NCBI RefSeq assembly: GCF_009914755.1
Contig: NC_060926.1
Direction: 5' to 3' (one strand)
From: the human T2T-CHM13v2.0 reference genome, Homo sapiens
Length of the DNA stretch: 64,000 nt
Each line of letters begins with the position of its first letter. Position 1 is the stretch's first letter. The translations under genes were made by a program, and so were the position numbers. The notes beneath the pieces were generated by a model. That model saw only the letters and a program-made list of their open reading frames with translations, searched no databases and was not told the origin of the DNA. Shown here piece after piece: positions 15,180-26,948 of this stretch.

Positions 15180-18100
15180 TAGTTTTCTGTAATATTCAGT
15201 ATTTGGCCCATCTTTTTTATGTCTTATAAAATACATCTAAATACTTAAGTACTTAAGGAATCATATATTTAGAATAATAGAGAATTATGGAATGCAAGGT
15301 ACTTATCTTGTTTTCAGAGATGGTGATCTTGGCTTTTTGTAGCTCTAGTGTTGACTCTCAGGTTAGATTTATACTTCTAGAGCATCAGAAGTCAAAGGAA
15401 TATGTTGGGTCAGTAGCTATGAATATCCCACATCAGATGATTCAGGTCTAAAAAAGAAGAATAGGCTTTATGTGGTATGTGTACACATGCCTTTCAGTAG
15501 ATAACTATCACATACAAGGTAAATTGAAATAGTTTTAGGCCACCTGTTATTTGCTGTCTTCAGTAATTCATTTTCCCTTCCTTTAATATGGTGTGCTACA
15601 TAAGGGACAGAGTATAATTTCTTCCCTTTCTGAAAATGAGCTTTACAGGTGTTTAATAAGGAACTGCTATATAGTTGTATACCCATGTGTGTTAACATGG
15701 GTACAGATCAGTATGGTCAGCTAATTTCTGAATGCCAGCAGTACAACTAAGAATTATACAAAGGGCATTATTAGTGGTGGTGTTTAGCTCTGGAATAAAA
15801 ATCTTGTACTTTGAAGTGTGTTTCTTCTCCAAGATTAAGGCCTGTGGTGTTTGTTGTTTTATTGATCCATGTGGGGTAACTACATAAGGTTCTCCAGAAT
15901 CTCAAGAAGACTCCAATAATTGTCTTGTTGTTAAGGCATATTGAACGTTTTTGTTTGAATGTGTTTTCTACCTGTATATGTATCCTGTGAAGTAGTTGAC
16001 TTAAATTGTTAAACAAAGCCAAAGATTTCTAGTACCTTTAATTGCATAAACCAAGATTTCTGACCCCATTTCAAATTCTGTTATCAGTGGCAGAAGAAGT
16101 GCCAGACCTCTGCCACGAAGGGGTTAAATGCTTTTATCAAATGTGTTTATGAGGGGCCACAGCTTTGTTGGCCGTACTGCCCTTTTTTTTTTTCTACTTT
16201 CTACTTCACTAATCAAATGTATATTAGATTGATTATTGTAAAAGTATAAACCATAGAAAATTTGACAAGATAGATGTGTAAATTATCCTTCTGACAGAAG
16301 TAATGATGCACTCCAAGCACCTTCTGTTTTCCAGCGCTTGGTGAGTGACTTCATTAAATATGCAATGGCTGTTGGGTGGCTTCTCAGACGATGGTTCAGT
16401 TCCTTGTGGAATTGCATTATTACTAGAGGTGTAAAACCAGGCAGACAAGCTAGCTGTTGGGCATCCTGCTGAGGTTCTAATGTGCTCCATCTTGTTGGAG
16501 CAGTTGTTTGCAGTCTTTTCAGGACAATTACATCCATAACCACAGGATACATTCAGTGAAACTGTATTACAGATAACAGTGGAGACTGGTATTCACTGCT
16601 CGTCACCCCTCTCTCTCTTCAGCTGCCTCAGTGTGGGCAGCTTATAGTAGTATGGTAAAGCCCCTTTTACCATTCACAGAGTAGTTGTTTAAAAAAAAAA
16701 AAATCCTGTGGAGCAAATCTGGAAAAAACTGATTTTTAACTTTTTTAAAAAGTGCTTAAAATCATAGAATATTAGAGTTGAAGAGACCTTATAAAGTCTA
16801 ATCCATTTGCAAGTGAAAAAACAGGCTGAATCATAGTCACGGGCAGTCCCTTAGGAGATAATAGAAGGTCCTGGTAGAATATCTTTTAGGTGGTAGAGAT
16901 TGCAGGAATAGGGATTTATTTACTCTTAGCTTCTGGTTTTAGAGCTATCTCAAACAAAATTTTTCATTTTGAATTTAAGGTTTTTTTTCTGCTGAACTTC
17001 ATTTCCCCCCGTCTTAATACCAGCAATACCTTTTTATTTCTGAAAGCCAAGCAGATAATTTGCTTTCTGAGATTATCACAGTATTTATTATTTTGATGAC
17101 AATTTGATGGTTTCTTAGAGAACTGGACACAAAAGATGGTTTTAGTTGAGCTCGAAATGGTATTTAAGGTTTCCAAAAGGCAGATGCTATGATGTATCAC
17201 TATAGCCTAATAAATGGGAATGCATTATAGAATGACAGGCTGAATACTTTAATGAAAGAAGGTTTCCCATTTCAGTTGGTCAATTAAATCACTGTTGATG
17301 ACTTTGGATCATTAATGAACATTTGTAGAAAATGACCGTTTGAATTCAATTAGTATGATAATAGGTTTTTTGGAGAAGTACAAGTACAAATAATCCTAAC
17401 TGTAAATTAAAAGATTTATCCATTTTGCCACAGATAAGTTAGCATATTGCTTGCTTTTTAATACCAGAGCAAACTGACATTTCAGAATTCTTTTACAGAT
17501 TAAGTACATATTCTTTCTTACAAAAGTTCTACTTACAAAAGGTTATGTTTTTCATTGAGTACCTTTTGAAATATAATTTATGCTGCTAACCATTATGTTA
17601 CTTCACTATTCTCAGAACAAATTAGCAAGACCTAGAAACAAAAAAAGGGAACTTTGTACAGTATGTAAAAGCAAAAGATTAAGTTTACGATGGATTAGGT
17701 ATTTGATTTATTTAATGCCTTAGGAAAAAAATTCTAAATCTGGAAAAACAGTAGGAAGAAAGTAACCATTATTTGGGAACATGCAAATTTATTTAAAAGT
17801 ACTGTGAAAAGAAAATGTAAATAGAAGCTTAATAGCCAGAATTTTTTCTTGAGCCTATTAAAGTTTCAAATTTTCTTATTATTTGAAGCCTTTATGTTCG
17901 TTAAAATATTTTAAGGATATATATCCTGTCATTTTTGCTGAATTTACCCAACAAATTCATCTCAATGTGATGTTTTTCTTTAGTTAACTTCATTTTCTCT
18001 AAAACTTGGGTGTGTTTTGGTAGTTAAGGCAGAGGTGGGTTCTTTCGAAATGCACGTTTTTCTCATTTTGTTATTTGTAAAATGGGCTATAATCTCTGTC

Positions 18101-18328
18101 CAAGCTTCCTTCAATCTCCATTTCATAGTTTACAGAGAAAGGAGACACTGTGGAGCACAGACTTCCGCTGGGAATACATTGGGCTTAATGAGCTTGATAG
18201 TCTGGTGGGCTCAATAAATCAAATAAAGCAAAACATTTCTCATTTTTGAATAAAAGCATTTATCACACAGTGTTTGTTCACTCATGGTCACAAGATTGAT
18301 TGGTTCCCAGTATCATAGCATATATTGA

Positions 18329-18475
<147 letters not shown>

Positions 18476-20314
18476 ATCCATTAGTACCATTACAAAAAAA
18501 TGTCAATTTTTTTTTTAAGTTTTCAACTGTGGTTATACTAGTAATCAAATATATCATGGACTATATTTTGGATACATTTGTTTCTTTGGTTTAAAATAAG
18601 TTTGTTTTCATTCTGTAGTTTGTTTTGTTTCTACATCTATGGATTGACAGATAGTATTCCTAAATCTCTCTCATTGTAGGTACATCATTTTACATTCAGC
18701 GGTTGTCATTTCAAATTTTAGTCAGGCAGCACAAAGCTGTCAATTATTCCAGAGGAAGCTGCTGCCAGCTGTTTTGTATTGTTGCTTCCTCTTGGGGAAC
18801 AAAGACAGATTTGGTATCATTGATTGCTCAGCTAGCCTCTTTTTAAAAGAACGTTTCTGGGAATCAGATGTCTAGGGAAGGATTCCACTGAGGAGTGATA
18901 CACGTGTACATTGTTTAAGAGCATAGTCTAGTGTGAGTAGGCCATTAAGGGGAAGGATATTCATGAAAGAATTTAGGCAACCTGTTATTTAGAAAGCCTT
19001 CACGTCTGTAAGGTGCTTGGCCTACTTTTTTTTTTAAATTAGTATACATGCATAAAACCTTGTATCATCAATATACAAATTATTCTGTTAGGGGACATGT
19101 TTTTGTTCTCCATGTTTCTGTTTCTATTGTGGTATGAGTTGTATTTGTATCACTGAGATAACCTATTGTTATATTCTAATTCATTGATAATATGTTTTGT
19201 AAGAAAAGCTGACATCCTTCATTGCAAGTGAAGAACAGGTTTACCATGAAATGAATGCCTTTATTCAACTTAGAGTCCTAATGTTTCTGATTTCACATTC
19301 TTGTTGCTGAAATGCAGAAGAAACAGCTACAGCAAGAGCAGAAGGAAAACTCTTAGACTTAATGTCTCCAATTGCAAGAATTGTTTCACTAAAGAAACAG
19401 TCATCATTCAACTACTGAATTTGAAAGCCTCAGCAGTTTCAATGACAAAAATCATTTTTGATTTTTTAAAATTAATCCCAATGGCATGATAAATTTTCAT
19501 ATAAAAAGTAAAGTTTCAATTTAGTTTTTAATAATGGTTTAATGCCTTTTTTGAATAACTGGTTTAACCTAATTTTTTTTTAATGTAATGTATTAATGCA
19601 TATACCATAATCAAAAGTTTGAAATATCCTGTTTCTTAAATAATGAGAACATTAATCACATTTAGCAAGCATTTGTACATTCAAACCTGGATATTAAAGT
19701 GAAATGATTACTTTGAATCACTGTCTGCCAAGGTTCATGATTCACATTTTGAGATGGATTCTTTTCTTAATGCAATACCTAACTTTTGATAATTTTTTAA
19801 AACTAATATTTGATCAGATAATGTAAGTCAAAATGCAGACGATCCTTTAAAAGGATGCATTGTCTGTGTATGTAGCAACAGCTCCAAAGTATTTTTGGGC
19901 AGTTTGATACCTTTTATATCTGAAGTAGCCTTAACCAGAAAAATGGTAATTTAAAATTGACAAAATGATATTTTTAAGACTTCAAAATGATAAATAATTT
20001 TTAACTATTAAAATTGGCCTCAAACTAATAAATCTGTAATTAAATTAGAATTAAATATCAGTTTAACAACAAAATGAAATATTTATTTTTTAGAAGCTGC
20101 CTCTCTTCATTGGTCATTTATTTTTAATTATAAAATTTCCAACAGATCTTTGCTTTAAGCCCTTGATATTTGACCTAGTTGGACACTTGATGAGGAAGTT
20201 GCCTCTAGAATTATAAAAATCTCAGCTTTATAAAATGCATCTGTTCACGAAGGTAATTTCTTTAATTGGTGATCAAAATATAAAATTAAAGAAGGTACTA
20301 ATGTCTCACTGGAA

Positions 20315-20338
20315 GTATATATATATATATATGTATGC

Positions 20339-20370
<32 letters not shown>

Positions 20371-20377
20371 GTATATG
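20315..20377. repeat. Compound (TA)n/(TG)n microsatellite in the AGPS 3'UTR
   Basis: Directly visible: (ta)n tgtatgcg (tg)n (ta)n tgtatatg. Confidence 0.95.
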
Positions 20378-23300
20378 TTTCTGAGTAATTTTTAAAAAAT
20401 AAAACAGGTTAATAAGAAGATCCATTCCTTTGCATGTGATTGTTATAACATTCTTTCCCAGGGAGTTCAATTTCAGCAACCTCAGAAATCCATACTTGAT
20501 ATTAGGAAACTGTAAATGTAACACCTGAAATTATTATGTTCACTATTCTACATGAACCTTATGGAAATTCATGATTTATGTCTTTGTTTTTCTTTTTCCA
20601 AGTATATGCAGGACTCCCCAACCTTGATTTTATAATGGTGACTGCATTTTGTAGGTGGAATCATTTCTACCGAAATCATTTTGAAACACAAGAATATTGA
20701 TCAGTACTGTTTCACTCTGATTTAGTAAATCAGAAAGCCTCCCCCTACCCCCAGCCCCCACTTTCACATACCTTCTGGGAGGTGCCTCAGTATAGACTTG
20801 GTATCTGTGAAGGACTGAGTTCATGAATATGCACAGAAGCACTTAAACCATGCCTCTTATTTCTATAATATCTGAAAATGGCTTCATAAAAGTTAAGTCA
20901 GGAGAACACTGTTTACATGACACTTCTTAACTCATTTTTAATGTTTATTTTTAATTTCAAAAACTTGTTGCCTATTTGGTTTTCAGTACTGCATAACACT
21001 GACTTTCTTAAATTAGTCATAGTTGCAATAATTTACTTAAATTTGGTAATGTCACATTTGGGTTGGGGTTTCAGTGGGAATAGTAACTTGCCGCTAGTGA
21101 GAAATGCCATTGAATACTAAAGACTCAATATGAACAGGCTTTATAGACCCTTAGAGAAACTGTTGCCTTAATGTTTGGTGCAATTTCTAGTAGTGCATAA
21201 GTGAATTTAGTCTTATGATAAGTAACTTTGAGCTGTTTTTAGCTTAGTAAGAATTGTGGAAACCACATGTTTATTGTGCCCATCATTTTACACAAAGAAA
21301 AGAGGATTATATTATTTCTTCTAAGGAAGTAGGAGTTTTCTTCCTAAAAGTGCTTACATATTGTAGTACTATTACTTAAAAGTTATTTATGAAGTTGGGA
21401 GCCTTCTAGTTTGCCTGTGTTGATGTATTTTGAAAACAAAATTGCAATAAAGGATGAGCTTCCATCGGTGTGTATGGTATACCAGATACAGATGGTTGCA
21501 AGGAAACCTTTTCCCCCACTAGAATAGTCTATTAGTAACTGCTAAGTCCTAGCTTGCATTTTTGAAAATGCCTTTCTGCATGTTAGCACCCAGACTTTCC
21601 TTTGTCATATTCCTTTATAGCTACAACTTAACTGTAGCTTATCAGAGAAGCTCTGTAGTCCTACACTGAAGTGTGTTCCCTTGGCTGTTCATATGGGGCT
21701 GGGTTTGGTTGAACTTCCATTCTGTATAAATGCTAGAACACAGTTACTACAGATTGATTCACAAACTGCATGTGCTGGTGCTTGAGGCAGCCAAAATGGA
21801 ATGCTGTGGAAAGCATATCTATATCTTAAAAAACACTCAGACAGGAGTTAAGGACAGCTTTAATAATTTTTTTGTTTACCACTTAATCTTTATCAACTTT
21901 GATTTTAGTTAGGGCTTAGCTCATGGTTGAAGAAAAGTGGAAAATAACAAGTGCCCATTTAGGTTTGAAGAATCCAGAATGTTTTACCTTTGACTTTATG
22001 AGTTATAGAAGCTTGGCTTTGCTCTAGGCTTCATGTTCCCAAATGAGCCATCTGTCAGTATATTCACTTAATTCTTACTAATTTCAGTTTCCTGTAAAGG
22101 AAACAACTTACATATTGATGCTTAAATCCAGAAAGTGTAAAAGGTTTTCTTAAACTGTTAAAATATAGTGTCTGATATAAAGGATGTAAGTTACTCAGCT
22201 TTCTGCTCCCTAAGCCAAACAGTGTTTGTCTTCAGTGTGAAATTTAACTGTAAAAACTACTTGTAATGTCAAGAGATTATAGATCATATTATTAATAAAA
22301 TGGACCTGGGTCTAATATTTTTTTTTCTTCAAAGGGAGTGTGAAGCTGTTTATTCTTTTATTTGCATATGAGTTTTTCTTTTAGTTTTAGTTTTTCATGT
22401 TCATATTTCCACTGATTTGAAAACACAAAATTTATTTTTATAATTTTGTTGCTTGTAGCATAATCAAGTGCAAAATCAAGTGCAACCTACTTGTGACTAA
22501 ATCTCTTTGGATTTATAGCTGAGGATATTGTTAGCTAGGTTTTGTCAATCCCTAATCATTTTTTAAAATCAATGCTGTATTCCCAGGAGGCTTTGAGACT
22601 CCTATGAACCTGAAGCACTCCCTTTTGAACCTTGGAAGATCCTCAAAGAGTGAGCACTCTTGTGCTCTTCTAATCATAATTAATTCCTTAACAAATCAGA
22701 GTAAGGACCACTGACATATAGAACACTCAAGCCAAAGAACCATCACAGAATTTAGTAACTTTAGTTCTGTGAACATGAAAAGATTTCTTTTTTGGTTTCC
22801 AAAGGAGATTATTTATTTTTCCACAAGGAAAAACATCTTGCAGAGACTCTGAATTCCAAATCTGAGTGAGAAAGAAAAGGAAAAAAATCTGTTTCATGGT
22901 GGATTTCTAAGCAACATATATACATGTTTTTAAGACAACCTTTTGTTGGCAGTGTTTTTCCTGAACACCATATGCACCCTAGGAAACGTTTTTCCTTTAA
23001 TCTTGTTCACATATCAGAAAAGGACATGAAATGCTCATACTGGCATACAAGTTTCTATAAGTAGTTATTTTTTGAGCTACTTATACTGTATCCCCAAAAG
23101 CTCACAGTGCCTTGTTGGGATTTTTTTTTTCCATGAACTAGCCATTATTTTAAATGAGTGGGAGAGGGTAAGTCTTTAGACAGAGGTCATTCAGCAGTTC
23201 AAGACTATTCCTCTTCAAGAACATGTCAGGAATTAAGCAGTTATATGTGGAAACACTGGTAATTCTTTCCACAGTGTTGTTTTGGATAATCTGTTCTAGT

Positions 23301-24088
23301 ATATTTAACTAATTGTATGGTGGACCTGTACTCTGATACACATCGAATCAGTCAATGGGATTTGTATGTGCTTTTCCTTCCTACATTTTCATTCCTACTG
23401 CCCCAACCTAGTAGCCCTAAGTTGTGGCTTGGTGGGTTTGGCACTGAGCCTCAAGACACTCACTACATTCTTTCTGGATGTTTGCTCACAGGCTCCCTGA
23501 GGAGCAGAACCTGTGGAGCTGGGGAGTGCGGGTGGTTTCTATTCCTAATATTGTGTGTCAGTCCTTTTTCGTGTGATGGTGCCTTCAGAATAACGAATAT
23601 TTCTGTTCTGGACAATGATTAAATCTTATGAGAAATATATGTAGGTTATATTAATTCTTGTCCATTTTTGCTAAGCCTGTGAAATACTTTGGCTCTGATA
23701 CAACTTAACTTGAATAATATCTTATCCTGAGTCTTCCTCCAAGGCAGTACATATTCCTGCCAGGACTGTAGTAATCCTTTGGGAACTACATGTGAGTAAG
23801 CACTTGTATGTAAGCCATTATACTGCTGTAACTAATGCATACAAACAATTCTTCTCTTTACATTTATAGTCTAAAAGGGGATATGCAGTGGGAAGGAAAA
23901 TTCCTGAGAGATTCCAGCATAGCTTTGTCAATTCCGACTGAGCCATACTGTTTTCCACAAGGGCTCAACACATAGTCAGTATTCCGTGCTTTCAGTGTGT
24001 GTTCAGATTCTCCTCTTACTGGTTTTCTTAGACTGTATTGTTCTATAAGCAAATGCCCATGTGTGATTTTTAAGATGTGCTGGGGAAA

Positions 24089-24094
24089 AATAAA
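24089..24094 (+). terminator. Distal AGPS polyadenylation signal
   Basis: AATAAA followed ~20 nt later by CA and a GU/U-rich tract. Confidence 0.65.
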
Positions 24095-25199
24095 TCAATA
24101 CCACAACCACCCATTGTTATAGAAATTGTTGTTTATTTCATATTGGTTCTATTTAACCTTTATTGACAGCATGCTATACTCGGCCAAAACAAACAGGATA
24201 CACTTTGTGCCCATGAGTACCCTCTCCGGTAGTGAAGGGCATGTGCAGATACTGATTTTATAATGGTGATTTTATATGCAGATATATGCAGATTTTAATG
24301 CAGATACTGATTTTATAACATCCCTGCCTGTGGCTCCCACACTGAAAGGAAGGTTGTAGCTGTCTGGGCTCTGAAATGACTGAAGGTCAGACCTGTTGAA
24401 CTCTGTCTTACATGATACATTTCAGTAATCACTAGCCACACTAAGATTTTAGCTCTTGTATTATATAGTTAAGAAAAGCAATTTTCTACCTGGCTTATGT
24501 AAGTTCAGATTGAATTAACCCTAGAAATCATCCCATCTTATTTCTATTTCATCCCATCTGAACATAATTGCTACCTAACATTCCCCAGGCTACAAGCAGA
24601 TAACTAGTCTTCCTGAACATTTGCTGTGAACAAATGCATATTCATTGCCTTTCCAGGAAGCCTTTTCCAACTTCTGTAATCTTCAAGTATTAGGAGGTTT
24701 TTAAATTATTATTAGACTGAAATCTGTGTTCCTCTTCTATCCCTTATACAACTTCTGCCACCTTTAGTCATAAAGAATTGTCCAATTGCTCTGTTGAAGG
24801 GCTGCTCTTGAGGTATTTAAAGTCAGGTCTCATGTTCCTCAACACCTTCTCCTATCAACTTTTGCTCCTGTCATTTCTAGACTTTCACCTTCCTAATCTT
24901 CCTCACATGTGCCCATTTTACATTTTTACAGTGAGGTGTCTAGGCCTGAAAACAAATCTTCCAGAGTAGTACCAATGCTTCCTCTAGTGTAGTCACTAAT
25001 AAAAAAGCATTTTTGGTGGGCATTGCTCTGTCAACTCATACTGAATATATGCCATTTACCAAAGATTGTCTTTTCCATGTGACATTTTGGCCGCATCTCC
25101 TTGGAGGCTAATTTTTTTAAAGCCCCATTACTTATATTTAGCTTTACTAAAATTTGTATCTTACTGGAGTTAGTTCCATATTTTCAAAATGTTAGGATC

Positions 25200-25340
25200 T
25201 AGATTCTTGCCCAGAATATTTTCTGTGCCGTCAAGCTTCAGGTCATCAGTAAAATTGAGACAAATACTGTCTGGATTTTCATCCAAGTAATGACAGATAA
25301 TTGGTACATTACAAGGGCCTACCTGACCCATGATTCTGAC
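25200..25340 (-). mobile_element. CR1/L3 LINE reverse-transcriptase relic
   Basis: 25286->25233 translates LDENPDSICLNFTDDLKL, matching the CR1 RT pattern LDE-x8-FADDTKL with exact spacing. The true extent is probably larger. Confidence 0.65.
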
Positions 25341-26366
25341 ATTTCATCCATGAAAGAACATTCAGGATTCAGACATCTACACTTTCACTTGACATACAGT
25401 TGTCCAACTTATATTTTTACATTTTGGCCACAAATACGCTTTTTATTCAGTTAATCAGCATTTATGTCAGATAAACAAGTAATCATGTTTACTTAACATT
25501 TTCTGCTGCCACAGTGAAATCCTGATAAAGCTACTACTACAGTTTCCTGTGCTACCCTATAAGAAAAAGAAATGAAACTTTCCGGCCATCACATTTCCTT
25601 TTGCCTATGTTTGGCCTCAGGGGCGTGTCTCTCTTTTTGAAAGACTCAAATCCATTTTCTACTGCATTTTCTGATGTGGTCTGTTGATTGGGCCTGGTAT
25701 TGCCTGATGGACAAGCTCTGAAATCCACCCTTGCATAGTTTTGCCATGTCCTTTGTACCTCATTGTGCTAACATTAGATAGATGAAGCTGCTCTTCTTTG
25801 AAAATGGCAGAATTTTACCACTGTAAAGTAACTTAGAAGATAGGATTCTAAATACAAGAAGCAGTGGATAAGGTTCTATTTTGGACATTTTGGGTGTGAT
25901 TCATTTTTCTCAATGAACTTCAAGTCACTTTCCCTATTCATTTCTTCTTTTATATAGTGAAAAACTCTGAGGTCCCTTTCAACTCTGTCTCAGTGATTCT
26001 AATGAGTCTGTGTTTTTTTGCTGAACACTACCCTAGAATTGATTATTATATAATTAATTTTTTAATTCATCCTTTTTTGCCAGACAGGCAAGAAGGTAGC
26101 ATTGTTATCACAACAACCCTGTGAAGTAAGTGATATCATCCCCTTTTTACTGGTGAAAAAAACTGAAGTTTGGTTAGGTTAAGAAGCACCCACCATTAGT
26201 AGCTGGGAAGTGGCATTGCAGGGCTGTGGAGCCAGGTGACTAACTCCAGTACCTGTGTGCTGGCTGCTTCACTGCTGTAGGCTACTTGTGCTGGATGACT
26301 ATGATGTACACAGAATGTATTTTTAAAGTAGATTATTAGTTGTTGTCCTCTACAGAAGGGCACAGG

Positions 26367-26948
26367 TGTTGGGGTGATCAGACCCAACACCAGGTCATCG
26401 GGGTGATGAAGTCCAGTAGAATCAAAGGAATGAGAAAAGACAGTTTGAGAGATAAAGTGGGTCTGGGGGCCAACGCGAGTATGGAGGCTGCAAAGGCCCC
26501 GAGCTCTGGAAGCCCAGACTGTTTATTGGTGATCAAACAAAGAAACAGATGGTGAGAATGTGGGGTTGAAAGGGAGCGTTGCATTAAGCACATGATTTAC
26601 AGCTGTGACGGTTTAACATTTATATGGCCAATTCTAAGACACAATTGATCTAGGAGCCTGGGAGGGCTAGAAGCAAGGAGCCAGCAAGTCTAGACACATT
26701 CCAGAGGCCATGAGGGATTTTATGCCCTGAGCCCTGGATTCTTTCCAATCTACGAGGGGTTTTATGCCCTGGGCTTAGATGATGGTGCGTCAGGGTAGTC
26801 TTCCACCCTTTAGCACAGAATTCAGTGTTCCAAAGGCCACGAGGGGTTTTAGACCCTGGCCCCCGGACATGTTCCAGGACTCTTTTTACATTATGTCAGA
26901 AATGCAAACCCTGCCTCAGCTTCTCCCAACACTCAGCTTTTCCCAACA
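26367..26948 (-). mobile_element. Solo ERVK LTR, LTR14 family (LTR14B/C-like)
   Basis: 582 bp with TGTTGGG...CCCAACA termini and flanks acagg/acaag. The minus strand begins tgttgggaaaagctgagtgttgggagaagctgaggcaggg, with TATAAA (26624-26619) and AATAAA (26527-26522). Confidence 0.8.

Larger units (their letters stand above)
18476..24113 (+). other. AGPS: AGPS long 3'UTR (~5.6 kb)
   Basis: AT-rich, Alu-free sequence after the stop codon. It ends at AATAAA 24089-24094 with a CA near 24113 and a GU/U-rich downstream element (ttgttatagaaattgttgtttatttc), consistent with my recollection of a long AGPS mRNA. Confidence 0.7.

Noticed and set aside
20625-24269. Exact 17-mer TGATTTTATAATGGTGA at 20625-20641 and 24253-24269
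   Set aside because: AT-rich, and one such match among all position pairs in 64 kb is not improbable; the flanks do not extend.
24244-24318. Repeat-spacer-repeat arrangement resembling CRISPR
   Set aside because: Only two copies, the spacer derives from the repeat itself, the context is mammalian and there are no cas genes.
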